From: an uncultured Chloroflexia bacterium
GTDB lineage: Bacteria; Chloroflexota; Limnocylindria; Limnocylindrales; CSP1-4
Assembly (NCBI GenBank): GCA_963806265.1
Contig: CAWDXT010000004.1
Location: 4,818-68,817, forward strand
DNA length: 64,000 nucleotides
Direction: 5' to 3'
Under the pieces are notes generated by a model. It saw only the letters and a list, made by a program, of their open reading frames with translations, searched no databases and was not told the origin of the DNA. The translations under genes were made by a program, and so were the position numbers. Every line of letters begins with the position of its first letter. Position 1 is the first letter of the stretch. Positions 1 through 9,018 of the stretch are shown piece after piece.

Positions 1-4
1 CAGC

Positions 5-1420
5 ATGGCCGACGTCGCGATCGTCCCCGTGGTCAACTTCCGGTCGACCCGCAGCTCGCTCACGAAGGCCGATGTCGGGGCGATCGCGGACGGCTCCAGC
101 TCGCTCAAGAAGCTGGTGCTCGTCGACGCCGACGCCGATGCCGTCCTCGATGCCCTGGGCCACCGACGCGCCGACTTCGGGTCGCGCCTGGTCACGGTCG
201 ATGACGCCGACGCGCTCGCCGCCTATCTCGCCGGGCATCGGTCCACCGCCGGCTTCCTGCGCGCCGATGAGGTGGGACCCGACGTTCATGCCCTGTCCTG
301 GGGCTCGAAGTCCCTGTTCGGGGTCGACCGGGTGGCCAGGCTGGCGGGTTGGCCGCTCACGGCCCGGCTGGAGGTCCCCGAAGGCTCGTCGCCCGCCTAT
401 GACCCGAAGACCGCGTGGACCCTGGTGGCGGGTGGCGACATCCTGCTCGACCGTGGGGTCGCCCTCGCGATCAAGGCCAGCCCGCATGGTGCCGACTTCC
501 CGTTCGATGGCGGCACGGTCGAGATCACCGGCCGCTGCAAGGACTGCTCGGCGTTCGGGTGGGACCTGCCGTACACGAAGCGAACCGGCAACGCCGGCAT
601 CGTCCGGTCGCTGATCTCGAGCGCGGATCTCGCGATCGCCAACTTCGAGAACCCGGCCCCGAAGAGCTACCGGTTCCACAGCAGCGGGACGGTGTTCTCG
701 GCAAATCCGGCATTCATCAAGGGCGTCAGGGACGCCGGCTTCGACTGGGTGTCGCTCGCCAACAACCACATCGGCGACGCCGGCGGCAAGGGCATCCTCC
801 AGACGGAGGCTGCGCTCGACCGGTATGGCGTCGCCCATGGCGGCGCGGGCGCCAACAGCACCGAGGCCCACAAGGCGACACTGCTCAAGGTCGGTGACGT
901 CACCGTCGGCATCCTGGGCTACGACACGATCGCCGCCTACTACACGGCGGGTACGTCGACGCCCGGCAGTGCCCGGATGACGAAGAAGGCGCTCAAGGCC
1001 GACATCAAGGCCGCGCGCAAGGCCGGCGCGGATGTCGTGATCGTGTTCCCGCACTGGGGCATCGAGTACCGCGCCACTCCGACCGACAAGCAGCGGAACC
1101 TGGGCCACGCGGCGATCGACGCCGGCGCGGACCTGGTGATCGGCAACCACCCGCACTGGGCCGAGGGCATGGAGGTCTACAAGGGCAAGCCGATCTGGTA
1201 TGCGCTCGGCAACCTCGTGTTCGACCAGACCTGGTCGGAGCCGACCATGGAGGGGCTGACCCTCGAGCTCACGTTCGAGGGCAGGCAGCTGGTCCAGGTC
1301 CACATGCGCTCACACCTGATCCTGGACAAGGCGCAGCCCAACTTCATGGACCCGGCCGGCTCGGGCAAGGTGGTCATGAAGCAGGTCTGGGGGGCGTCCA
1401 AGGGACTGCTGCCCTGGTGA
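5..1420 (+). CDS. CapA/PGA_cap family metallophosphoesterase-like protein (probably 5'-truncated by the window edge)
   Basis: Motifs GGDILLDR, ANFENP, SLANNHIGD, PHWGIEY, GNHPH and YALGNLVFDQ. Confidence 0.85.
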   Translation: MADVAIVPVVNFRSTRSSLTKADVGAIADGSSSLKKLVLVDADADAVLDALGHRRADFGSRLVTVDDADALAAYLAGHRSTAGFLRADEVGPDVHALSWGSKSLFGVDRVARLAGWPLTARLEVPEGSSPAYDPKTAWTLVAGGDILLDRGVALAIKASPHGADFPFDGGTVEITGRCKDCSAFGWDLPYTKRTGNAGIVRSLISSADLAIANFENPAPKSYRFHSSGTVFSANPAFIKGVRDAGFDWVSLANNHIGDAGGKGILQTEAALDRYGVAHGGAGANSTEAHKATLLKVGDVTVGILGYDTIAAYYTAGTSTPGSARMTKKALKADIKAARKAGADVVIVFPHWGIEYRATPTDKQRNLGHAAIDAGADLVIGNHPHWAEGMEVYKGKPIWYALGNLVFDQTWSEPTMEGLTLELTFEGRQLVQVHMRSHLILDKAQPNFMDPAGSGKVVMKQVWGASKGLLPW

Positions 1421-1534
1421 GCGCAGGGCTGTTGCCCCGTTGATGCCCGCCCGAGGGCCCGCCGGAAGCCTCCGGGCGCGGCCTCCAAGGAGCTGTGCAC
1501 AGCGTCAGACGCCTCAGCGTCAGACGCCCAGGCG

Positions 1535-2527
1535 TCAGCCCCAGCCGTAGGGGCCCGGCTCGCGGCCCTCGAGCCCGGCGAACAGGTCCTCCTCCCGGTC
1601 CGGTGCGGGCACCCGTGACGCGCGACGGATGAACGCCTCGCGCGTCCAGTACTCGGCCCACGCCTCCTTGCCGAAGCGAACGAACGGGTTGTCGTCCGAG
1701 ATCTGGGTCACGTGCGCCTTGATGGCGGCCCAGCGCTCGTCGAGCACGTCCGAGATGTCGATCCAGGCGGTGATCTGCTCGTCGGGCACGAGCATGCGGC
1801 TCACGCTCGCCTCCCACTCTGCCTGCTCCTCGGGCGTCGGGTTCTCGGGCGGCGACCAGAACGACCGCTCACCCAGCGCCTCGAGGCGCTGCTGCATCGC
1901 CTCGCGCACGGACGCGGGGATCGCCTGCTCGTAGATCTTGGCCGGCGTCCACGGAGCGAGGCCCCCATCCTCGACGGTCGGTCCCGTGCCGCCATGCTCG
2001 GGCGCGAGCTGGTTCGGATACCACGCTGGATCACCGGCTCGCTCAAACGCTCCGACCGCGACGACGTGGCTTCGGATGTGGTCCGGATGGCCATAGCCGC
2101 CGTAGTCGTCGTAGGTGGTGATCACGTCAGGCTGGAACCGGCGGACCATCCACGTTGCCCGCCCGATCGCCTCATCGATGTCGGCCTGCCAGAAGCACCG
2201 GGGGTCCTGGTTCCCGACCCGGCCCATCATGTCCGAGTCGCGGTAGCCGAGGTTGTCCCACTCGGTGACGCCCAGCGCGTTCATCGCGTTCTCGAGCTCG
2301 ACCGCCCGAAGCTCGCCAAGCCGGCGGTGGTTGTCGGGCGTGTCCATCTCCGGCACCACGATCTCGCCCATCTCGCCACGCGTGCAGGTGAGGAGCACCA
2401 GGCGCCTGCCCTGGCGCACGGTCTTCGCCATGAGGCCGCCGGTGCCGATCGTCTCGTCGTCGGGATGGGCGTGGACGGTCATCAGGGTGGGTACGTGGGT
2501 GGTGGGTGAGGGGGCGCGCTCGATCAT
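1535..2527 (-). CDS. PIG-L family deacetylase (MshB/Mca-like)
   Basis: VHAHPDDE, TRGEMGE, YRDSDM and YGGYGHPDH motifs; start at MIERAP preceded by TACGAT-6nt. Confidence 0.88.
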   Translation of the reverse strand: MIERAPSPTTHVPTLMTVHAHPDDETIGTGGLMAKTVRQGRRLVLLTCTRGEMGEIVVPEMDTPDNHRRLGELRAVELENAMNALGVTEWDNLGYRDSDMMGRVGNQDPRCFWQADIDEAIGRATWMVRRFQPDVITTYDDYGGYGHPDHIRSHVVAVGAFERAGDPAWYPNQLAPEHGGTGPTVEDGGLAPWTPAKIYEQAIPASVREAMQQRLEALGERSFWSPPENPTPEEQAEWEASVSRMLVPDEQITAWIDISDVLDERWAAIKAHVTQISDDNPFVRFGKEAWAEYWTREAFIRRASRVPAPDREEDLFAGLEGREPGPYGWG

Positions 2528-2678
2528 GCCCGAATCGTAGCGCGGTCCTCGCGATCGGCCGATTGCAGCGCGATGGCCGGCCGTCACGGCACCGTCACGT
2601 GGACCGGGCAGGATCTGGGGGCCCGAGCCGCTCGCGCCACGGCTCGGGGGCAGCCAGCAACCGCACGAGGCCGACGTC

Positions 2679-3449
2679 TTGTCCCATCCGTCGCATTCGT
2701 CCCGACCGCTCCGCCCCGCCGCCCTCGCTCGCCTGCCGGTCGCGGCCGCGCTGCTCATCGCGGTGGCGGTCGCTGCATGCACGGGGCCGGGTGCCACCCG
2801 GGCACCCTCGACCGAGCAGCCGTCGATGGCGCCTGATTCCATGGCGCCTGATTCCATGGCGCCGGAGTCGATGGCACCCGCGCCGAGCGCTCACGCATCG
2901 ATGGCGACGGAGACGATGCCCCCGGAGATGACGCCCTACACGTCGACAGCGCCCGGATCCATGGCGCCGGAGTCGATGGCACCCGAGGGCGATGCATCGG
3001 CGGCTCGCGATGCCCTGGCGGCGCAGCCCTGGGCGACGATGACGCTGACCGACGTGACGACCGGGCAACCGTTCACGATCGCCGACTTCGCCGGCCGAAC
3101 GGTGTTCGTCGAGGCGATGGCGATCTGGTGCACGAACTGCCGCGCCCAGCAGGGGCGGTTCACCGAGGCGCTGGCGAAGGTCGATCCGGGCCGGGTCGCC
3201 TACGTGGTGCTCACGGTCGATCCGTCCGAGAGCGCCGGCGACCTCGCTCGCTACAAGCAGAGTCGCGGGTTCACCGGTACCTACGCGGTCGCCGGCAGGG
3301 AGGTATCCGCCGCGCTCAAGGATGCGTTCGGTCCCAACGTCCTCAATCCCCCGAGCGTGCCCTTGATCCAGGTCTCTCCCGGCGGCGAGGTCTCGTTCGG
3401 CACCGGTGGCGAGAGCGTGGACACGATCGTCGCAACCGTCACCGGCTGA
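2679..3449 (+). CDS. Thioredoxin-fold (TlpA/redoxin-like) lipoprotein with a Met-rich SMAP(D/E) linker
   Basis: Lipobox VAAC, WCTNC CxxC motif, VDPSE; adjacent to ccdA. Confidence 0.8.
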   Translation: MSHPSHSSRPLRPAALARLPVAAALLIAVAVAACTGPGATRAPSTEQPSMAPDSMAPDSMAPESMAPAPSAHASMATETMPPEMTPYTSTAPGSMAPESMAPEGDASAARDALAAQPWATMTLTDVTTGQPFTIADFAGRTVFVEAMAIWCTNCRAQQGRFTEALAKVDPGRVAYVVLTVDPSESAGDLARYKQSRGFTGTYAVAGREVSAALKDAFGPNVLNPPSVPLIQVSPGGEVSFGTGGESVDTIVATVTG

Positions 3450-3450
3450 G

Positions 3451-4128
3451 ATGGGGGAGCTCGCCGCGGTGTTCGCGGCCGGCCTGGCCAGCGCGGCCAG
3501 CCCCTGTCTCCTGCCGCTCTATCCGGGGTTCCTGGCCTATCTGGCGGCGAACGCCGGCACCCTCCCCGCGCGCCGCGCCAGCGGGCTGCTTGGGCTGCTC
3601 GTCCTGGCCGGGCTGCTGACGACGATGGTCGTGATCGGAGCCGTGCTGTTCCTGGTCGCGATCCCGATCGGCCGGGTGTCGAGCTACCTGGTGCCGGTCA
3701 TCGACGGTCTGCTGATCCTGCTCGGCGTGCTCCTGCTGGCCGGCCGCAATCCCTTCAACCGCCTGCCGGGGATGCGGGTGCCACTGGTCGCCAACCCATA
3801 TGGTCAGGCCTATGCATACGGCATCATGCTCGGCCCCATCGCGCTGCCCTGCGCCGGTCCATTCCTGGCGGCGCTGCTGGCCGTGTCGGTGGGCCTGGGC
3901 GACGCGCTCGCGCAGATCGGCGTGTTCCTGGTGTTCGGGCTGGGGTTCGGGCTGCCGCTGGTCCTGCTCTCGCTCCTTGCCAGCTCCCGGCAGCGCGAGG
4001 TGGTCCGGGTCGTGGTGTCGCATCACCGGCTGATCGAGATCGTGTCGGGGCTGGTGCTGATCGCGGTCGCCCTGATCGACCTGCGTGAGAGCTGGGACGG
4101 GATCCTGTTCACGCTCGGGCTCGCATAG
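3451..4128 (+). CDS. ccdA: CcdA/DsbD-type transmembrane electron transporter
   Basis: ASPCLLPLYP and LPCAGP Cys motifs, about 6 TM segments, FGLGFGLP. Confidence 0.85.
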   Translation: MGELAAVFAAGLASAASPCLLPLYPGFLAYLAANAGTLPARRASGLLGLLVLAGLLTTMVVIGAVLFLVAIPIGRVSSYLVPVIDGLLILLGVLLLAGRNPFNRLPGMRVPLVANPYGQAYAYGIMLGPIALPCAGPFLAALLAVSVGLGDALAQIGVFLVFGLGFGLPLVLLSLLASSRQREVVRVVVSHHRLIEIVSGLVLIAVALIDLRESWDGILFTLGLA

Positions 4129-4143
4129 CCGGCGGCCGGTGCT

Positions 4144-4268
4144 GCGTGCCTGTCCCATGACCGCGCGTGTCCCTTGGCCGCGCGTGTCCCTTGGCCGCGC
4201 GTGTCCCTTGGCCGCGCGTGTCCCTTGGCCGCGCGTGTCCCTTGGCCGCGCCTGTCCCATGACCGCGC
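4144..4268. repeat. 17-bp tandem repeat (CCGCGCGTGTCCCTTGG): 5 perfect copies plus 2 degenerate flanking copies
   Basis: Read directly; perfect units at 4161-4245. Confidence 0.95.
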
Positions 4269-4284
4269 GGTACGCTGCGCTCCC

Positions 4285-4785
4285 ATGAGCCTGCCAGACG
4301 AGCCGTTCCGCACCCCGGCCACCGACGCGCTCGACGCGGCCGGCGTCCCCTACCGCCTGATGCGCACCGAGATCGCGCGTAACGCCGAGGAGAGCGCAGC
4401 GCTCCAGGGGATCGCGCTCGGTTCGCTGCTCCGCACGATCCTCGTCCGGCGTGCCGCGGACGACTACGTGTTCGTGCTGGTGCCCGGCGGGCGACGGTTC
4501 GACTGGCCGAAGCTGCGTGCCCTGCTGGGCACCAACCGGCTGAGCCTGCCCGACGCGGAGGAGGCGAGGTCGATCACCGGCTACGAGCGAGGAGCGATCA
4601 CCCCGTTCGGGGCGGCTCGTGCGTGGCCGGTTATCGCGGACGCCTCAATCGTCGGGCTCGAGCTCGTGGCGATCGGCGGCGGCGCGCGAGGCGTCAACGT
4701 CCACGTGGCGCCCGATGATCTGGTCCGGGCGACGACGGCCCAGGTGGCCGACATCAGCAAGCCGGAGACCGAGCCGGGCAGCTGA
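4285..4785 (+). CDS. YbaK/EbsC aminoacyl-tRNA deacylase family
   Basis: LLRTILV, ITGYERGAITPFG and IGGGARG motifs. Confidence 0.85.
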   Translation: MSLPDEPFRTPATDALDAAGVPYRLMRTEIARNAEESAALQGIALGSLLRTILVRRAADDYVFVLVPGGRRFDWPKLRALLGTNRLSLPDAEEARSITGYERGAITPFGAARAWPVIADASIVGLELVAIGGGARGVNVHVAPDDLVRATTAQVADISKPETEPGS

Positions 4786-4875
4786 CCGCGCCCGGTCCAG
4801 CCTTTCGCGCTCCGTCCTGCTCATCGTGGTGGGCCCGCCGCATCGCGCTCCGCCCGGCGCTCTACCATCGGCGAC

Positions 4876-6165
4876 ATGCCTGCCCCAGACGTCTCGGCAC
4901 CGGGTCCCCTCGCGGGGCTCCGCGTGGTCGACTGCTCGACCGTGCTGGCCGGCCCGTACTGCACGATGCTGCTCGCCGATCTGGGCGCAGACGTGGTCAA
5001 GGTCGAGCCGCCCGAGGGAGACGGAACGCGCGGTTGGGGCCCGCCATGGGTGGGCTCGGTCGAAGACGGGACAAGGACCGCCGCGTATTACCTGTCGGTC
5101 AACCGCAACAAGCGCTCGATCCGGCTCGACCTGCGGACCGCCGGCGGGCGCGAGGTCCTGCGGCGCCTGATCGCGCAGGGCGATGTGCTGGTCGAGAACT
5201 ATCGCGTCGGCGGCCTCGCCCGGCTGGGGTTCGATGACGAGACGCTGGCTTCGATCAACCCGGCGCTCGTTCACCTCGCCGTCTCCGGCTTCGGGCCAGA
5301 CGGTCCGGACGCCTCCAAGCCGGGCTACGACTTCGTGGTCCAGGCCATGGGCGGGCTGATGTCGATCACCGGGGCGACCGACGACGACGGGGGCCGGCCG
5401 ACAAAGGTGGGGGTGGCGATCAGCGACGTGGTGACCGGGCTGTTTGGCGCAGTGTCGGTGCTGGCAGCCCTGATCGGGCGCGATCGTCCGGCGGCCGCCG
5501 GCGACCCGGTGTCGCGCCCGGGCTCCGGTCTCCAGGTTCAGTCAGGGGGGTCCGGGCAGCGCATCGACGTCTCGTTGCTCGAGTCGACCCTCGCGGTGTT
5601 GGTCAACCAGGCGCAGAACGCCTTCGTCACCGGCCGCGCCCCCGGCCGGCTGGGCAACGCCCACCCCACGATCGTGCCCTACGAGACGTTCCAGACGGCC
5701 GATGGCGAGCTCGCCCTGGCCGTGGGCAGCGAGCGCCAGTGGCCGCGCCTGTGCGAGGTCATCGGCCTGCCCGGGCTGGCGACCGATCCCCGGTTCGCGA
5801 CCAACGGCGATCGAGTGGAGCATCGCTGGGAGCTGCGGCCGATCCTGGCCCGGCGGTTCCGTGCCCGCACCACCGGGGAGTGGCTGGGCGTGCTGGATGA
5901 CGCGGCGATCCCGTGCGGTCCGATCAACGACGTGGTGGCCGCGTTCGGCTCACCGCAGGCAGCCGCGCGCGACATGATCGTCGACGTGGAGCATCCGGTC
6001 CTGGGCGCGATCCGCCAGGTCGGCCTGCCGTTCGAGCTTTCGGCCACGCCGGCATCGATCCGGACCGCACCACCGTTGCTCGGCGAGCACTCGCGCGAGA
6101 TCCTGGCCGAGCTGGGGTACGGACCTGCCGAGATCGATGCGCTGTCGGTCGAGGGCGCGATCTGA
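4876..6165 (+). CDS. CaiB/BaiF family III CoA-transferase
   Basis: LAGPYCTMLLADLGADVVKVE, NRNKRS, DVLVENYR, GYDFVVQAMGG and PPLLGEH. Confidence 0.93.
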   Translation: MPAPDVSAPGPLAGLRVVDCSTVLAGPYCTMLLADLGADVVKVEPPEGDGTRGWGPPWVGSVEDGTRTAAYYLSVNRNKRSIRLDLRTAGGREVLRRLIAQGDVLVENYRVGGLARLGFDDETLASINPALVHLAVSGFGPDGPDASKPGYDFVVQAMGGLMSITGATDDDGGRPTKVGVAISDVVTGLFGAVSVLAALIGRDRPAAAGDPVSRPGSGLQVQSGGSGQRIDVSLLESTLAVLVNQAQNAFVTGRAPGRLGNAHPTIVPYETFQTADGELALAVGSERQWPRLCEVIGLPGLATDPRFATNGDRVEHRWELRPILARRFRARTTGEWLGVLDDAAIPCGPINDVVAAFGSPQAAARDMIVDVEHPVLGAIRQVGLPFELSATPASIRTAPPLLGEHSREILAELGYGPAEIDALSVEGAI

Positions 6166-6181
6166 CCAAGTCATCGCGGCA

Positions 6182-6415
6182 CGGCCGAACACCCGATTGG
6201 CTGTGAGGCGAACGTAGCGATGAATCACGCGGCGAACGCCCAGCGATGGATCAGGCGGCGAACGCCCGATTGTCCACGCGGCCGAACGCCCAGCGATGGA
6301 TCAGGCGGCGAACGCCTGATTGGCCGCGCGGCCGAACGCCCGATTGCCGCGCGGCGAACGCCCAGCGATCGATTGGTCGCCCGAGGCGTTCGGGCTGAAC
6401 GCTGGCCGTTCGACC
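6182..6415. repeat. Degenerate tandem array of CGG(C)GAACGCC-anchored 23-27 bp units (about 8 copies)
   Basis: Two alternating unit types (..CAGCGATGGATCAGG and ..CGATTGGCCGCG) giving a ~50-bp higher-order period. Confidence 0.85.
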
Positions 6416-6605
6416 TGTCGCTGGGGGGGTCGCCCAGGCAACAGGCGGAACGCTGAGCGTGCAGCAGGTCCGGTGGGCGGCGACGGAGCGGACGTATCGC
6501 ACGCCAGGCGTTCAGAGGACGGGCGGCACAGCGCCGCCGCGAGAGCCGACCCCGGTTCTCCCGCGAGCGTTCCGCGCCCTTCGCGTGACCAGGCTCCATC
6601 AGGCG

Positions 6606-6806
6606 CCAGACCCACACAGGGCCCCGGACACGCACACGGCGCCCCAAACCCACGCGGGGCCCCGGACACACACGGGCCCCAGATTCCCACGCGCCCCGCC
6701 GCACACTCCCACGCGGCCCCGGGCACTCACGGGGCCGCAGACTCACGCGCATCCCGGACCCGCGCGGGGGGGCCGCTGACCCACGCGGCCCGGCCAACAC
6801 GGGGCC
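6606..6806. repeat. Degenerate ~18-bp C-rich tandem repeat downstream of nirK
   Basis: Recurring CCCCRGAC(A/C)CAC(A/G)CGG-like units. Confidence 0.65.
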
Positions 6807-6830
6807 TCGCGCTCAGGCTGCCCGGCCCGG

Positions 6831-8093
6831 TCAGCGGATCTGGTCGTACTTCACCGGGTCGTAGATGTCGGGCACCGGATCGCCCTGGACCACGAGCTCG
6901 CCCGCGACGCCCTTGTGCACGCGGAAGATCGCGTGGTCGAGGATGGTGTAGGTGCCGGGTACCTGGACCTGGAACTCGACGCCGGCCGCGCCGCCGCACG
7001 GGATCAGGGTCGACTGGACGCTGTGGTTCTCGAGGGCGAACGAGCCCTCGACGTAGACCGTGTCGAAGATCTCGCCGATCACGTGGAAGCTCGATACGAG
7101 GTTGGGCCCGATGTTGCCCACGAACAGGCGCACGGTCTCACCCACCTGGATCGGCTGGTCGAAGGTGCCCAGCGCGCGATCGCCGACGACCGATTCGGGG
7201 CGGCCGTTGAGGACGACGAACGTCGGGCGCTCCTCGTTGGCGTTGGCCATGGAGAAGGCGAGGTGCCCGGCATCCTTGAGCTCCGAATAGGCCTTGGTCG
7301 CCCCCTGGTCGGTGTAGAACTCGCTCTGCAGCAGGTAGTACTCGTGGTCCGCCGCGGGCAGGCCCGCCTCCGGCTCGACCACCACCAGCCCGTACATCCC
7401 GTGGCTGATGTGCGTGGGCACGTCGGGAAACGCGCAGTGGTAGATGAAGATCCCGGGGTTGAGGAGCTTCACCCGGAGCTCGCTCTCGCTGCCTGGCAGG
7501 GTATCGAGCCGGACGGCGCCACCACCCGGCCCGGTCACGGCATGGAAGTCGACGTCGTGCGGCATCATGCTCGAAGGGTCGTTCCGCAGGAAGAAGTCGA
7601 TCCGGTCGCCGACCCGGGCCCGGATCATCGGCCCCGGCACCCGTCCGTCGAAGGTCCAGTAGTCCATCGTCGTGCCCGGCACGACCTCCGCGACGACCTC
7701 CCGTGTCGTGAAGTGGACCTCGTGGGTCATCGGGCCGCTGCGCTTGGTCGGGTTCTGGTATCGGCCGTCGGCGTAGAGCGCGTAGTCCGCCGAGTCGGGC
7801 AGCTCGCTGGGATGCCGGGAGATCTCGTCCACGGTGACGGGTTGGGCCGGCTCGGCCGACGGGATCGGCGAGGGCGAAGGGCTGGCGTCCGTTGCCTCGA
7901 CGGGTGCCGCCGTCGGAACGGCGCTCGATGCCGCCAGCGCCTTGCCCGGTCCGAACGTCCAGGCCGGCTTCGTGGCGGCGGAGCAGCCGGCCAGCAGCAG
8001 GCCTCCGGCCCCGATCCCGGCACCGCGGAGCAGCGCTCTCCGGCTGAGGTGCGGTCGCCGGGTGTCCGTGTCGTGGATCCTGTCGCTGGTCAT
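6831..8093 (-). CDS. nirK: Copper-containing nitrite reductase, predicted Tat-exported lipoprotein
   Basis: SRRALL Tat motif plus LLAGC lipobox; HDVDFH, YHC...H..HGM, SSFHVIGEIFD and ILDHAIFR Cu-ligand/catalytic motifs. Confidence 0.93.
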   Translation of the reverse strand: MTSDRIHDTDTRRPHLSRRALLRGAGIGAGGLLLAGCSAATKPAWTFGPGKALAASSAVPTAAPVEATDASPSPSPIPSAEPAQPVTVDEISRHPSELPDSADYALYADGRYQNPTKRSGPMTHEVHFTTREVVAEVVPGTTMDYWTFDGRVPGPMIRARVGDRIDFFLRNDPSSMMPHDVDFHAVTGPGGGAVRLDTLPGSESELRVKLLNPGIFIYHCAFPDVPTHISHGMYGLVVVEPEAGLPAADHEYYLLQSEFYTDQGATKAYSELKDAGHLAFSMANANEERPTFVVLNGRPESVVGDRALGTFDQPIQVGETVRLFVGNIGPNLVSSFHVIGEIFDTVYVEGSFALENHSVQSTLIPCGGAAGVEFQVQVPGTYTILDHAIFRVHKGVAGELVVQGDPVPDIYDPVKYDQIR

Positions 8094-8195
8094 CGGAGCC
8101 TCCCTGGGCCCTCGCCCACTGGGCCGTGGGACGTCCGAGGCGAGGGCTTGCGCACACTGGTTCGTCGGGCGGCGGGAATGAAGCCGTCGGACAAA

Positions 8196-8212
8196 TACTA
8201 ACTAAGTTAGTA
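8196..8212. promoter_or_regulatory. Perfect 8-1-8 palindrome TACTAACT-A-AGTTAGTA upstream of nirK; candidate Rrf2 operator
   Basis: AT-rich inverted repeat in very GC-rich DNA, ~100 bp upstream of the nirK start. Confidence 0.7.
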
Positions 8213-8294
8213 CATGATTGGTATGGGTTGGTTGCCCCGTGCGCGGTGTGCCATTCGGCCCCCTGCCGGGCGGCACCGCGGCAGCCCCGCGGGC

Positions 8295-8500
8295 CCTCCC
8301 CGCCGCTACCGATCGAGGGTGGCGCCGTCCGCCTCGCGACAGACCTCGGCCTCGCCGCCGCTACCGGTCGAGGGAGCCGTCGTCGCCGTGGCCGCCGCCG
8401 GCGCCTCGCCGGCGACCTCGCCTCGCCGCGTACCGGTCGAGTGCGCCGCCTCCCGCCTTGCAGGCCCTCGCCGCCGCTACGGGTCGAGGGCGCCGCCATC
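8295..8500. repeat. Four degenerate ~50-65 bp units copying the 3' end of the Rrf2 gene
   Basis: Core GCCGCTACSGRTCGAGGG near 8302, 8358, 8426 and 8473; the last copy contains the Rrf2 stop codon. Confidence 0.75.
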
Positions 8501-8926
8501 CCCCTTGCCGCGGACCTCCGCCTCGCCGGCGAGCTCCGCCATGCTGTGGGCCGACAGCGTGGTCAGCAGTGCCTCCTGCCCGCTGAAGAACACGTCGTGC
8601 ACGTCGCAATGACCGTCCCTGCCACACGGTCCGCTGCGCAGCACGCAGGTTCGGCGCCGGCTGTCGCCCTCGACGGCCTCGATCACGTCGAGCAGGCTGA
8701 TGCCCGCCGCCGCACGGGCGAGCCGGTATCCGCCGGCGCGACCCGGGGCAGCCTCGACCAGGCCGGCCCGCTGCAGATCCGTGAGCACCTGCGGCAGGAA
8801 CCGGACCGGGATCGCCATCGCGTTCGAGATCCGGCGCGCGGACAGCAACCCGCCGCTCGTCTCGCGGGCGAGGGCGATCATCGCGCGCACGGCGTAGTCG
8901 CCGCGCTTGGTGAGCTCCAGGCGCAT
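8477..8926 (-). CDS. Rrf2 family Fe-S transcriptional regulator (NsrR/IscR-like)
   Basis: DYAVRAMIALA, GRAGGYRLAR, ISLLDVIEAVEG and CVLRSGPCGRDGHCDVH (3 Cys plus His). Confidence 0.92.
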   Translation of the reverse strand: MRLELTKRGDYAVRAMIALARETSGGLLSARRISNAMAIPVRFLPQVLTDLQRAGLVEAAPGRAGGYRLARAAAGISLLDVIEAVEGDSRRRTCVLRSGPCGRDGHCDVHDVFFSGQEALLTTLSAHSMAELAGEAEVRGKGDGGALDP

Positions 8927-9018
8927 GGCCGCGAGTATGGGACCGAATGCGCACGGTCGCCTTCAGGAGGCGATGGCGCGATGGGGGATGCGCAGAGGGC
9001 ACCCGGTAGACTGCGGGC

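Noticed and set aside
1500-1540. Short direct repeats (GCGTCAGACGCC at 1502-1537; GCTCACCTGGCGCT at 36211-36245; GGCGCT run at 60460-60492)
   Set aside because: Only 2-3 copies or simple sequence, with no supportable function
6182-6415. CRISPR array
   Set aside because: Units are too short, intervening sequences recur rather than being unique, and there are no cas genes
6182-6415. LexA SOS boxes (GAAC-N4-GTTC)
   Set aside because: Half-sites are direct repeats, and the one inverted pair has the wrong spacing
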